From: Macrostomum lignano
Lineage: Eukaryota
Assembly (NCBI GenBank): GCA_002269645.1
Contig: NIVC01001433.1
Location: 124,001 to 188,000 of the forward strand
Length of the DNA stretch: 64,000 nt
Direction of reading: 5' to 3'
Part shown: positions 37,270 through 51,200 of the stretch, in pieces
Layout of the letters: each line of letters opens with the position of its first letter
How positions within the stretch are numbered: position 1 is the stretch's first letter
Notes under the pieces: model-generated
What the model saw: the letters and a program-made list of their open reading frames with translations, nothing else
Told to the model about the DNA's origin: nothing
The model's database searches: none
Program-made: the position numbers and the translations under genes

Positions 37270-39712
37270 CCGCAAAATTTCGCTCTCACACGCCTGTCAA
37301 GGTGCGCCAGCATGGCATCCGTGGCATCAGCAGAACTGCCACTGCCGCCGCTTCTGCCGCCTCCGCTGCCAAACCAAAGCCCGCCTTTGTTCGCGTGCCC
37401 GAGGCCCAGGTCACCACCATGGACAATGGCCTGCGAGTTGCCTCTGAGGACTGGAACACCCCGACCTGCACTGTGTCCGTGTGGGTTGAAGCTGGCAGCC
37501 GCTACGAGACTGAGGAGACCAATGGGGTTGCTCATTTTCTTGAGCACGTCCTGTTTAAGGTGGGAACAGCTGAATATAAAGTAACCCTAACCCTAACATT
37601 CATAGCCAAATTCCTTAACGTTCACATCCACAATCCTCATTCGCAATTCCTATTCCTAAGCATTCACATCCCCGATCCTCATTCACCATTCCTATTCCCA
37701 GGGTTTACATCTTTGATCTTTCATAGCGTTCACGTTCGTCGTCCACAATATTAATTCGTGATCCCAAATCCCAGGTGTTCACATCCCCAATTTCCAAGTA
37801 TTTACATCCCTAATTCCCAGATGGGTGTTCGCATCCCTCATCCTCAATCACAATCCTCATTCCTAGGTGTTTGGAGCCCCTATCTGCATTCACAATCCCA
37901 TCAAATCACAATCACACCCCTTAGTAGCAATAGAAAATCAAAAGAAAAATTAATTTCGATACATATCGTCGCTTAGGCCGATTTTATAAACACTCGAATT
38001 CCTCTCTGCCGCTGCATCCAGGGCACAAAGTCCCGGTCGCAGCTGGACATCGAGAAGGACATCGAATCTCGAGGCGCCGAGGTGACCGCTCGGACCACTC
38101 GCGAGCTGACATCCTACAGCGTTCGCTGCTTCAGCAAGGACGTGCCCTGGGCTGTTGAACTTCTAGCCGACGTTGTCCGCAATGCCAGCTTCAACGATGA
38201 GGCCATCGAGTCCGGCCGAGTTGAGATCCTTCGCCAGATGCAGGAGGCTGAGAACGATCCCGAACGGTGGTCATGGACTACCTGCACTCAGCTGCTTATC
38301 AGGGCACGCCGTTGTCTCGCCCAGTCCTGGGACCCATCGATTCCGTTCGCTCAATCTCCAAGACGGACATTCAGCACTACGCCGAGGATAATTTCAAGCC
38401 GCACCGGATGGTTGTTGCGGCTGCTGGCGCTGTGGCTCACAGCGAGCTGGCCGATCTATGCAAACGGCATTTCGGCAGTTTGACTAACGACTATGCGAGA
38501 CTGGCGCCAACTATGAAGCCTATTAGGTAAAAGGGAGAGACTAGTGTTAGATGTTAGGCAGACACTAAGAGAACATTTTTCGACGACCCTCGAATAGCCC
38601 CAAAAAATTTCAGCAACCCTGGATATACTCTAAAACTACCTATTCCCTGAGTGGAATTCAAAAGTACATTTTCAGCGACCTGGGTACTAAAAGTACATCT
38701 TTAGGGATCCGGATATGCTCTAACAGTACATTTTCAGAGACCCTGGATAGACTCTTGAGTATTGATACAATTTCGGCGACCCTAGATATATTCTAAAGTA
38801 CAATTTTTACGACCCTGGATAGACTCTAAAGTACACGCACAATTTCGGCGAACCTGGACAATTATTCTACAGTATAATTTCGGCGAGCCTGAATAGACTA
38901 AAGTACAATTTTGGCGACCCTGGGAAGACTAAAAGTACATTTAAGCGCCCCTGGGTGGACTCTACAATTACATTTTCAGCGAACCTAGATAGACTGGAAC
39001 ACTGGTTGGAACTTTTGGAGCACTGTTTCCTAACCAAAGTATTAATATTTGTTTCAATTCATACCGCAGGTTCACCGGCTCCTCTCTGCTCGACCGTGAC
39101 GATCACCTGCCGTTTGCTCACGTCGCCATTGCCGTCGAAGGTCCCGGCTGGGCGGACGACGACATCATTCCGCTATCGCTGGCCTCCGCCTACATCGGCT
39201 CCTGGGATCGGGCGCAGAGCGGCGGCAACAACATCGCCTCCCGGCTGGCCCGTCAGGCTCACGATGCCTTCAACGGAGGAGTTCTGTCCTACGATAGCTT
39301 CTTAACCAGCTATCGGGAGACGTCGCTATGGGGCATGCACTTCGTTGCCAATCAGGAGTCTGTTAACTTCTTTAGCAAAGACTTCCAAACCGACTGGATG
39401 GAACTGTCGCAGGATGTTCGCGAATTCGATTTGGTCCGTGCTAAGAATGCCACCCTGACTAATATGTACTCGCGTCTAGCCGGCACTCAGGCTGCCTGCG
39501 ACGAATTGGGCCGTAATATCATCTGCTATGGCAGGCGCATACCCATGGCCGAGCTGGAGGACCGAATCGCTCGGGTTAGGCCAGCCGAGCTTAGCCAAGC
39601 TGCCCAGCGTTACATCTACGATCGCTGCCCGGTTGTTGCCGGCTTTGGACCTATCGAAGGCCTACCAGATTACAACAGGATTCGCGGCAAGATGTGGTTC
39701 TACCGGGTGTAG
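37270..39712 (+). CDS. Mitochondrial processing peptidase beta / UQCRC1 (M16 family) homolog; start not resolved, one frameshift near 38265
   Basis: Exons ~37270-37559, 38022-38526, 39070-39712; presequence-like [12 protein letters not shown]; [17 protein letters not shown](V)LFKGT; RFTGS; GRRIPMAE; LPDYNRIR. Confidence 0.85.
38575..39000. repeat. Degenerate ~35-bp repeat (GCGACCCT.GATA.ACTCTAAAGTACA.TTT) in MPP-like intron
   Basis: Recurrent motif visible by eye. Confidence 0.7.
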
Positions 39713-41741
39713 AAACGGCTAACTGGCTGGCTGGGAAAGGTTTATAGTGACTTGAATATGTAGCTAGTAGGATGAGAGAGTGAAATATTCATTTTATCTT
39801 TTGTCTGTTAAATAACACCGGAAAATTTTCAAACAACGGTTATAACAAATTTGTCGTAGTTTTGTTTATTATCGTATGCAACTGTTTCTAAAGTAGATCT
39901 AGCTAATATAATAACTTATACCCTATCAATCTTCGCTCTCTGCTCTGAAACATCGTATGCGTTAAGTCCACTCCTACGTTTTCGCGAATTTTAAATTTTC
40001 AGAATTTATATGGGGGATGAAATGCAAACTTCTCTCCTCTCTGTGCCCGTCATGTTATATTAGTACGATGAAATAGAAATATACTGAAATACAAATACAC
40101 AATTTAGTTGTTATAAAATAAAAGCGAATCCTGACTAACACGTCGCGCTTCTTATTTGATCAATATTAAAGCGCACCCTTTGGTCCGACTTTATAATTGC
40201 TTCTATACATGTTAAGGCCTCGACCCGTTTTCGCTATTTTTGCATCTAAAGTAAATCTGGATTATTCAAAACTCGTTTGATTTAGCTTTGATAATAATGG
40301 GAATACGTATACATGCAACCTAAGGGAGCCGGAAGTCTAATAATGGTTATCGTGGAGAGAGCAAGTCATACATCCAGTAAACTTAATTTTAATTATGTTT
40401 TACGATAGCTTGAGGATCTGACATCAAATATTAGGAATCGACGTATCTGTATCCGATGAGCATAAATAAATGTATTGAAGTCATCTTTATTTCCATGTAA
40501 AGGTGTAAAGTACATGTACATGTAAAGTACAAGTTTAATTTTCACTGAATTGAATTTGTCGAGCGGTAAATAATGGTACCGATAGTAAAGATTAATAATG
40601 ATACCGATCGATAGTAAAGATTAATTTTTTATCAATAAAAAATAATAAATAGCGATACGACTGACTCGTAAATTGTTCCGTGAAGTCTTATTTAACCGCA
40701 AGCAACTCCAACATTTAAACAAAATGGTCGGAATTAATTTATAGAGAAGCGCAATATTTTATTTTTAAGTTAAAAAAATAACTAATTGTTTTTATTTTAA
40801 AGGCTACAAAAAAAGTTACAAAAAATTCAGAAAGGTTTTCATTTCTACTGTAAATGATGCTCAAATTTGTGTTGGCTAGATTTACGAATAAAAATAAATG
40901 GACTTACTACTAAATAGAAATATAGTTGCGAGTTAAAGCAAAGCGATTATAAATAAAATAAAAAAGTTAAATAATAAGCGAATTCAGTTTATACAGTAGA
41001 AATTTTTTACGTTGGTTTACTAAAATCCTTTTTTAGATTTATAAAGTCATATTAAATGCCTATCTTTATCTTATAAATTAAAATATATATCTAGATAGTC
41101 TTCTTAATCAGTTCTCATTCACACAGGCCACAGCTTACGGATCTGTATTAATTACTAACTCCTCCATTATTTAAATTACGCATATTTGCAAAATAGTATT
41201 AGTTTAAGCATTAATTTTTTAAAAAATATACTATAAGGTCATAAGGATTGTGTAAATTGTACCTTCAGCATTTAAGTAGGCCTATACTGCTCATTTGTCT
41301 CTTAATATTAGATCATATTTAAAAGGTTTTAAGCCATGAAATGATAAACATAAAAATGACTTTTGTTCTGGAGTATTGACATATATTTTATTATATATTA
41401 CTCTTCTGTAAAGCCATAACTACAAAAAGCTATCCATTTTACTTAAAAATGTCAACTCCTAATGTGTATTAAATTTCAAAATACACTTGCAATAAAATGA
41501 CTACTAGAGTAAAAGATTACTATTTCACAATATGAACCGTTAATGAGACCTACAATATATTAATGGTTTTTATTGAATAGGCCTTATTAAGCACAATGTA
41601 GATGGATATCAAGGAATAGTGCCTGTTTGATATTTGACTGCATATTAACAGTATTAAATACAGTGTGTGTTTAATAAAGAGGATAGGTCATGCTTTGTAG
41701 TCATCAACTTCATTTTCAGCTCATTCATAAAGCACAGTACA

Positions 41742-44303
41742 ATGCTTACGTCAGACGAAGCTGCCACTAAAATCCAGCGCGCCTGGCGGCGTCACATCGA
41801 CATGCAGGTATTCCGCTACTACAGGGACCTCATCAACTTCAAGCAGAAGGGCGACCCGGCCCTCATGCTGAAGAGCATCAATCCCATGGAAGCCAAAATG
41901 CTGGACGCCGCCTCCGGTGTGCACGTGAAATTTCGCCTCGCTGGGGAGACATTTCCGCCCAATATCTTCTATAAGATATTCACGCACAGGCCGGTGCAGG
42001 ACATGTGCGCCAACAGTCCCAAGGATTACACTCGACCGGAGGCTAAGCTGCAGGTTGGCAACTTTTTTGTCTGTTTTGCTTTGACAGACACAAGGAAGTG
42101 ATTGACTACCTAGACACTACTCAAGACTTTTGAGCGTAATCGAACTCAATTGACAGGCGTGTAACTGTCAATTTTTGTGCACGGCCACATTAGTTTGGGG
42201 CTTGCGTGTGCACAAAAAATAGGCCGGCAGGTCGCCGTGCGGTTCACAGCCATGAGGCCCAACCCCCGTGGCACAGGAAGTGTACATGCCTGAGTGCGTG
42301 TCTGTGTACAGTGTTGGCGCGCTTGTGTGTGCTCAGGATTCAGCGGAATGGGCAGAATTTCTGTGAGCGCTGGTTGTGTCGCCCAGGGAGTCGCCACCGT
42401 GGGGGACAAGGGGGACATGTGTCCCCCCCCCAGTAAAATCTATGGGGGACATGCTAATGATTTGTGAGTGCTAAAATGAGTGCCTACGGCGCTAAAATGA
42501 GTGCCTACGGCGCTAAAATGAGTGCCTGCGGCGCTAAAAGGAGTGCCTGTGGCGCTAAATGAGTGCCTACGGCGCTAAAATGAGTGCCTACGGCACTAAA
42601 ATGAGTGCGTACGGCGCTAAAATGATCGAGTGCCTACGGCGCTAAAATGAGTGCCTACGGCGCTAAAATGAGTGCCTGCGGCGCTAAAATGAGTGCCTGC
42701 GGCGCTAAAATGAGTGCCTGCGGCGCTAAAATTAGTGCCTGCGGCGCTAAAATGAGTGCCTACGGCGCTAAAATGAGGGCCTGTGGCGCTAAAATGAGGG
42801 CCTGCGGCGCTAAAATGATCGAGTGCCTACGGCGCTAAAATGAGTGCCTGCGGCGCTAAAATGAGTGCCTGCGGCGCTAAAATGAGTGCCTGCGGCGCTA
42901 AAATGAGTGCCTACGGCGCTAAAATGAGTGCCTACGGCGCTAAAATGAGTGCCTACGGCGCTAAAATGAGTGCCTGCGGCGCTAAAATGAGGGCCTGCGG
43001 CGCTAAAATGAGTGCCTACGGCGCTAAAATGAGTGCCTGTGGCGCTAAAATGAGGGCCTGCGGCGCTAAAATGATCGAGTGCCTACGGCGCTAAAATGAG
43101 TGCCTGCGGAGCCAAAATGACAACAAATGAAAACAATGTACATGTAGAAATTTAGTCCTGTACACATACATTTGAATTCTTGGCTTTGTCCCCCCCCCAC
43201 CATAAAATCCATGGCGATGCCCCTGGTATCGCCCGCAGTCTCCCTACAGTCATGATTCTAATTATTACAAGCATGTGGCTCCAAACCGCTTGTTCAGGAC
43301 TGTCGTCAGCTGCACAACACCAGACCGCTGGACTTCATCCAGCAAGGCCCTGAGCGCGATGGCTGGTACCGCCGCATCGAGAACAACGGCTGGCGTCTCG
43401 TGTCCGACCGCGCCCTGGCCGGCGGAAAAACCATCGACCCGGATCCGGCGAGCGGCGCCGCCGAGTTCCATCACGACCGGCTGCAGCGTCGGGCCGACCT
43501 GGCCGCCAAGCGCAAGCAGCGGCGAGTCCAGTGGCTGATGAAGATGCACCGGGAAGGCCTGTTGAAGAGTCGCGAGCCCGAAGCTGCCGATCTGGTTGAG
43601 AGTGCAGCAGACGGGATGGTGCGAGCTTTGGAAGCTGGAGAAGAGGTAAAGCCAAGTGGCACTGCTATGAGCGCGTATCCTAATTGATTGATTAATAATG
43701 AATTTACTTGTCCATTTCTATCGGCAGCAAATCTGAACCTTGGGACACTTTGCATGAGCAGAACATCTGAACCTTGGGACACTTTGCATGAGCAGAGCAT
43801 CTGAACCTTGGGACACTTTGCATGAGCAGAACATCTGAACCTTGGGACACTTTGCATGAGCAGAACACCTGAAACTTTGAAACTCTATATGATCAAAACA
43901 CCTTAACCTTGAGACACTACATGAGCAGAACACCTGATCTTAGGACAAATTCTACGATTCTCTAGATTCTCATACTCAATTTTTCCAGTAAGGCGAGTAC
44001 CATGAATATAAATGTTCTTTAATTCTCTCCCAAAAACAGGTAGAAGACTGGGAAGTTGAAGAACTACTTCACTGGTCAACCTGTTTAGACTTTGAGCAGT
44101 ACGCCTCAGACTGGGGCTGCGTGGCTACAACGGCTCCGTCGGATGAGCAGCTGAGAATTGCTGCCCAATTGCGCATACTACAGAATACCGCCGCTGAGTC
44201 GTCTGTGTCGGAGCGACATTTGAATACGGCCGACTCAAGACCCAGACCGGTCGCTCCTGCGAATCCGGCGGCTGTGAACCTCCCTGACAAGACCGTGGAT
44301 TGA
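41742..44303 (+). CDS. C11orf65: C11orf65/MFI homolog (IQ-like motif), 3 exons
   Basis: Exons 41742-42053, 43298-43645, 44040-44303; AATKIQRAWR, VKFRLAGETFPPNIFYKIFTHRPVQDMCANSP, GWYRRIENNGWR, EDWEVEELLHWSTCLDFEQY match recalled C11orf65 motifs. Confidence 0.85.
42185..42340 (+). mobile_element. Second, diverged copy of the SINE-like body seen at 21925-22090
   Basis: Colinear similarity from TTGGGGCTT to ACATGCCTGA. Confidence 0.55.
42384..43225. mobile_element. Non-autonomous hAT-like MITE carrying an internal 21-bp tandem array
   Basis: Imperfect TIR CAGGGAGTCGCCA / TGGCGATGCCCCTG; GGGGGACA and TGTCCCCC subterminal motifs; near-perfect 8-bp TSD GTGTCGCC / GTATCGCC. Confidence 0.82.
42470..43115. 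repeat. 21-bp minisatellite (ATGAGTGCCTACGGCGCTAAA)
   Basis: Directly visible; explains the MSAYGAK ORFs. Confidence 0.95.
43730..43950. repeat. 34-bp tandem repeat (ATCTGAACCTTGGGACACTTTGCATGAGCAGAAC), intronic
   Basis: Directly visible. Confidence 0.9.
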
Positions 44304-44419
44304 GGAGGACACCTTTGAGATTTTACTCGATTTTATTGAAAATTTCCAGGCCATTCATCTCTGTTCCCGGAACCCTGTCAACTCCTCACCATTCAACCTA
44401 TCTACACTATTTTATGCCC

Positions 44420-44790
44420 CTTTGATCAACCACCTCACTCCCCGCGCACCCGAAAACCCTAGACTCTCTAGTGGACCCACCACCCCACTTATTTCCTGCC
44501 CCTTTGATCACCCACCTCACTCCCCGCACATCTGAAAACCCTAGACTTTCCAGTGGACTCACCACCCCAGTTATTTCCTGCCCCTCTGATCACCCACCTC
44601 ACTCCCCACACATCTGAAAACCCTAGACTTTCCAGTGGACTCACCACCCCAGTTATTTCCTGCCCCTCTGATCACCCACCTCACTCCCCGCACATCTGAA
44701 AACCCTAGACTCCAGTGGACCCACCACCCATTTATTTCCTGCCCCTTTGGTCGCCCACCTCACTTCCCGCACGCCCGAAAACCTAGACTC
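44420..44790. repeat. 82-bp tandem repeat, about 4.5 copies
   Basis: GATCACCCACC at 44506, 44588, 44670. Confidence 0.9.
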
Positions 44791-45284
44791 CTCAGTCAAT
44801 CAATCGCCCGCTTATTTTTCTAATTGCACCTCTAATTAGCAAACTATGTTTCTCTGACAGACCATTGCATAAATCAAGTTTGTTTAAATCGGTCTATGAG
44901 AAAAACAGCCGTCACCATTTTTTACTGTGTTTAAACTGTGAAACTTATGTAAATCATTATTGAAGATTTAAATGATGTTCGACTGTTACTTAAAAAATGA
45001 AATACATGATTAATAGGATTGCTTGTTTGATGTCACTTTTTAATATTATTATTTTACCTTTATTTGTAGATGCAAAATCAGTTCGCGTTGTAGCTAAAAG
45101 AATTGACAAGCAATCTATATAGATGAGTTGCTTTGGATATTACATCGTAGTATGTACTTCATTAACTGTGTTGACAAAATCAAGTATTAAACAACTTTAA
45201 TGCAAATCAACTTGACTCAAGATTGATCAGCAGTCAGTGGAAGGCAATTCAAATCTCACCACTGGGCTGTAATCGGAATTCGCG

Positions 45285-48200
45285 ATGATACCAGGCTTCA
45301 TGCCCAGGCGATCGGCTGGGACCATGGAGAGTCGGTACGAGTCCAGCGAAATTATCTCGGAGAGCGAGGAGTTCGAAGCGGTGAGGCTTGGGGCGTGTGT
45401 GCGATCACTGTGTATAACAGGTGTGATCTCCGTGTCTAACATGTGTGATCTCCGTGTCTAACAGGTGTGATCACTGTGTATAACAGGTGTGATCTCCGTG
45501 TCTAACAGGTGTGATCACTGTGTATAACAGGTGTGATCTCCGTGTCTAACATGTGTGATCTCCGTGTCTAACAGGTGTGATCACTGTGTATAGCAGGTGA
45601 GATCTTCGTGTCTAACATGTGTGATCTCCGTGTCTAACAGGTGTGATCACTGTGTATAACAGGTGTGATCTCCGTGTCTAACATGTGTGATCTCCGTGTC
45701 TAACAGGTGTGATCTCCGTGTCTAACATGTGTGATCTCCGTGTCTAACATGTGTGATCTCCGTGTCTAACAGGTGTGATCACTGTGTATAACAGGTGTGA
45801 TCTCCGTGTCTAACATGTGTGATCTCCGTGTCTAACAGGTGTGATCACTGTGTATAACAGGTGTGATCTCCGTGTCTAACATGTGTGATCTCCGTGTCTA
45901 ACAGGTGTGATCTCCGTGTCTAACAGGTGTGATCTCCGTGTCTAACAGGTGTGATCACTGTGTCTAACAAGTGTGATCTCCGTGTCTGCAGCAATACGAA
46001 CTTGAGTTATTATTAGGGTTTGACGTACTTTTGATAGCCTTAACTAGAAATAGAATCACAAGTGAAAGTATTTTACCCAAACTCATTCAACCCTGCAGGT
46101 AAGAACTCTTGAACAGGAAGCTTTCACACTATTTGAAGCCGGGCAAAGTCAAGAAGCCTTGATTCGCCTATCTGACGCTCTGGAGATTGATGCAGGCAAT
46201 GCCCGACTACTGTGTCTGAGAGCTCAGCTCTACTGCCAGTTGGGCGATTTCGAGACAGCTCTGTCCGATGCGGAGCAGGCAGCGTCTGTTGAGCAGTTTA
46301 GCTGCGAGGTGATGAAGAATTACTAATTAATTTGACTAAATAGTAGCTCTTCCATAAATCTTCTGCATATTATTAATATGCATATCTTAGGCTTTCTGAA
46401 GCGACTATTTTTTTCTAACCTCTATCTCGTCGCTGATTGGCTGTCTGGATCGACAAATTCTTTTCTAACCCCATCTCGTCGCCGATTGGCTGTCTGGATC
46501 GACAAATTCTTTTCTAACCCCATCTCGTCGCTTATTGGCTGTCTGGATCGACAAATTCTTTTCTAACCCCATCTCGTCGCCGATTGGCTGTCTGGATCGA
46601 CAAATTCTTTTCTAACCCCATCTCGTCGCTAATTGGCTAGCCAGTTCCTTTTTCACCATTATATAGCTGTCATAGAATTACTTTTAAACAGATTTAGAGC
46701 AAACTTAAAACTCATGCCCAACCAACAGACTTGCTGCTTTCGAAGCGCCATACTTCGCAAACTGGAACGCAACGACGAAGCCATCCTGCACAACATTCGC
46801 TGCCTCAGTCTAGACGATTGCAATCTGCCGCGAGTCAAGACTTCGCTGCTTTTGTCGTTCAGACGGATGCTGCCTCATACAGCTGAGCAGCTCGACGCGA
46901 TGAAGAGTGAGTTAATCTGCTATGAGTCCACCGTATTTGGCTCAACGCTGATCGGCTATTCCTACTCTTTTTTCCCTAGCTCACCGCTGATTAGCATTGT
47001 ATCTCCAATACTATAAACTATATTTTAATTTCCGCAGATCTCGAAATATTCAACTTCCTGTGCCAGATTGGAGTGCTCGCCTCTAAAGAAGGACGCCAGC
47101 ACTTGGCCATCCAACTGTTAGAAGTTGCGCAGACTTACGAAACTGAACAGCTGGGACTTCGAATGCTAATGTTGCTTTCCTTGGCTAACTCTTACGCCAG
47201 CAGAAAGTACTCCGAAGTGGCTATCGAGCTGTACACGGAGTGTTTAAAAGTAAATATACTAATCGTATAAATATTGATTGAGTTGGCGCCCTATTAGGTA
47301 CTGGATTTGGCGCCCTATTAGACACTCGATATTTGGCGCCCTATTAGACACTCGATATTTGGCGCCCTATTAGACACTCGATATTTGGCGCCCTATTAGA
47401 CACTCGATATTTGGCGCCCTATTCGATACTCGATTTGGCGCCTTATTAGATTTTTGATTTAGCGCTATACAAACACCAGATTTTGCGCCATATAGACACC
47501 GGATTTAGCGCCCCATAGACACCAGATATAGCGCAAATTTTACAGCTTGTAAATTTTTCCTTGAAAATCCAAAACCCACGAAATGCTCAGGTGGCCACAG
47601 AAGTGCACGACAGCAGCTACCAGATCAAGTGCTTGGTCAGCCTGGCCACTATGCACCTGCACAGCGATAATGTTGCCAAGGCAACCGCCTATTACCAGCG
47701 CCTATTGGACCTGAGACAGGACAAAGCTGTGATCAATGGAGACGACTGGTCGCCCGAACTTGAATGCGGCTTATTGCTCAACTTGAGCATCTGCTGTGCC
47801 ACTCTTGGCAATCTGGACGAGTCGAAGCGCTACGCTGAGCTGAGCGTCTCCGCGGCTGAGCAGTCGGTGGCAGCTGCTCAAATGCAGGCCCAGTGCAGAT
47901 CGAATTTCGGCCTGGCTTTGCTCAGAGCCGGCCAGCCTGAGCTGGCCAAATCGTCGCTGGAGGAGGCGCTGAAACATGCCAGGAAAGTTGGCGATCCAAG
48001 TCTGCTGGCCAGCTGCCAAGGACTGCTAGGCAGCGTGATGGCCGAGCTGAGGAATGCTGGATTGTCGGCCGCTTATCACGAACAGCAGGTGATTTGACTT
48101 GCGTGTTCTTATCTTTTCTCTATCGGCATATTGATAGTACCTGTCTGTTATCTCTCTTATCTCTCTCACCTGTCTCTTACCTCTCTTATATCTCTCACCT

Positions 48201-51200
48201 GTCTGTTATCTCGCTTATCTCTCTCACCTGTCTCTTTTCTCGCTTATCTCTCTCACCTGTCTGTTATCTCTCTTATCTCTCTCACTTGTCTCTTATCTCT
48301 CACACCTGTCCTTTATCTTTTATCTCTTACACCTATATCTTATCTCTTATCTCTGTTATCTCTCTCACCTGTCTCTTATCTCTCTTATCTCTCTCACCTG
48401 TCTCTTATCTCGCTTATCTCTCTTGACTGTCTCTTATCTCTCTTATCTCTCACACCTGTCCTTTATCTTTTATCTCTTACACCTATATCTTAAATCTTAT
48501 CTCTCTCACCTGTCTCTTATCTCTCTTATCTCTCTCAGCTCTTGTATCTTCCATCTCAGTAGAGTGAGTCAGCGAAATGGACAGAATTGCCTCAGCGTTG
48601 GTTGTGGGACCAAGTCATCGAAGGTGTTTCGCCAGGGTGCCAACAAATCCGAAAATATTTACTTGTTTTTAAATTTCCACACTAATCCCTATGCTCCCCC
48701 TTCCAGATCATCAACAGTCGCCGTTGCGATGACCGCGACGCCCTCGCACGCGCCCATCTGGCCAGTGGCGACAGCCTCCGCCTGCTGGGCAAATTCGATT
48801 CGGCTGTGGATTCGTTTGCGGAAGCTGGCAGAGCCGCTATCAGGCCGGAGATGAAGCTGCTAGCCGAGGTGAAGATCGGAGAGACTCACCTCAGCGCCGA
48901 CCGGCCTCAGCGGGCCCTGTACCATTTCGAGCGGTGTCTGGAGATTGCGGAGGCTGACTCCGCGGTCAGCAGCGACCAGCTGCAGTCGGTGCAACTGCAG
49001 GTGGCCGTCATTCATCAGATGTCTTCATCACCTGAAGCTCTCGATATTGTGAGTCCACTGTGCTTCTTTGAGGCTTTTGAACTCAAATCCGGAGTTCATG
49101 GGGATTTTGATGGGGATTTAGATGGGGATTTAGATGGGGATTTAGATGGGGATTTAGATGAGAATTCGGATGGGGATTTAGATGGGGATTTAGATGGGGA
49201 TTTAGACAGGGATTTAGATGGGGATTTAGATGGGGATTTAGATGGGGATTTAGATGGGGATTTTTTCCTAGAAAGCCTGGCCAATCATTTTGAAACTCCC
49301 TCATCCCGCGCTTGCGCAGGCCGAGCGCCTGTTCTACCAGCTGCTGCCGAACCTGGAGCGCGGTCTCGATCGGCCCCGGCCATGGGACGCGCCGGCGCCT
49401 CGGGATCTACTTCGCGATCTGCGCCGTTGCTACCTGGGCTTGGCCAACTCGGCGGCTAAACGAGGCAAGTTCGAACGCGCGTTGCTGGCCTCTGAAGCGG
49501 CCAGGCAACGAAGCCTCAGCCACCACCTGGCTGGCAGGCAGTCGCTGCTGTCGTCGGATCGATTCGACGGCCTCGGCGGCGGCGGCGGTGGTGGCGGGTT
49601 GTCGCTAATCGATGATCATCGAGGGAAAGAGCGAGTTCGACTGCGCCTCAATTGGGATATGGACCGGCTGAGGCGGACTGTGAGAGAACTCTCTTTGTCC
49701 CTGTGACTCTTTGTCCCTGTGACTCTTTGTCCCTGTGACTCTTTGTCCCTGTGACTCTTTGTCCCTATGACTCTTTGTCCCTGTGACTCTTTGTCCCTAT
49801 GACTCTCTTTGTCCCTGTGACTCTTTGTCCCTATGACTCTTTGTCCCTGTGACTCTTTGTCCCTGTGACTCTTTGTCCCTATGACTCTTTGTCCCTGTGA
49901 CTCTTTGTCCCTATGACTCTCTTTGTCCCTGTGACTCTTTGTCCCTGTGACTCTTTGTCCCTATGACTCTCTTTGTCCCTGTGACTCTTTGTCCCTGTGA
50001 CTCTTTGTCCCTGTGACTCTTTGTCCCTGTGACTCTTTGTTCCTATGACTCTTTGTCCCTGTGACTCTTTGTCCCTGTGACTCTTTGTCCCTATGACTCT
50101 CTTTGTCCCCAAGACTCTTTGTCCCTATGACTCTTTGTCCCTGTGACTCTTTGTCCCTGTGACTCTTTGTCCCTGTGACTCTTTTTCCCTGTGACTCTTT
50201 GTTCCTATGACTCTTTGTCCCTATGACTCTTTGTCCCTGTGACTCTTTGTTCCTATGACTCTTTGTCCCTATGACTCTTTGTCCCTGTGACTCTTTGTCT
50301 CTATGACTCTTTGTCCCTATGACTCTTTGTCCCATGACTCTCTTTGTCCCCAAGACTCTTTGTCCCTATGACTCTTTGTCCCTATGACTCTTTGTTCCTA
50401 TGACTCTCTTTGTCCCTATGACTCTTTGTCCCTATGACTCTTTGTCCCTATGACTCTTTGTTCCTATGACTCTTTGTTCCTATGACTCTTTGTCTCTATG
50501 ACTCTCTTTGTCCCTATGACTCTCTGTCTCTATGACTCTTTGTCCCTATGACTTTTTGTCACTGTGACTCACTTTGTCTCTATGACTGTCCCTATGACGC
50601 TGTCCTTATAACTCTTTCCCTACGACTCATAATCCAAATGATTTTATTGTTCCAAAGACAATGTGTTTTTTCTCATCGACTTTTGTCACTGTGTCACAAT
50701 GTCTCTTTCACCCCAAATCCACAGGTGGATCTGCAATCTACAATAGTCCTCTGTCTGAGCCTCACTACCGACGGTTGTTTGGTGTGGCTTCTCGAACCCG
50801 GCCGCGGTCTGACCGCAGTGGACCACCGGACCAGCTCCAAGGGTTTCAGCGGCAGGCGTTTGAAATTATTGACTGCTCAACTGTACGACCGGTGGGTCGA
50901 TCGACAGAGGCTCAGATACTTTGCCGAGGGTCGGCGTCTGCCCGAGTCTCGGGGTCGCCTGAAGTGCCAGCGAAGGCGCTACGAAGCCCTGTCGACCGCG
51001 CATCGGAGGGCCGAAGCGGAGCGACTGTTCGACGAGGCGGAGGCTGCGGCTAAGAAAGATGAATCTGGGAGCGAGTGTGTAAGTGATTTTTTCTATTTTA
51101 GAAAACTAATCCTTACTCTATAGGGTGTTCACTTGGCTAACAAGCCCTCACTTGATAGGCCCTCTTGTTTCTTACTTGACTAATCTTTCTTCTCTTTTCC

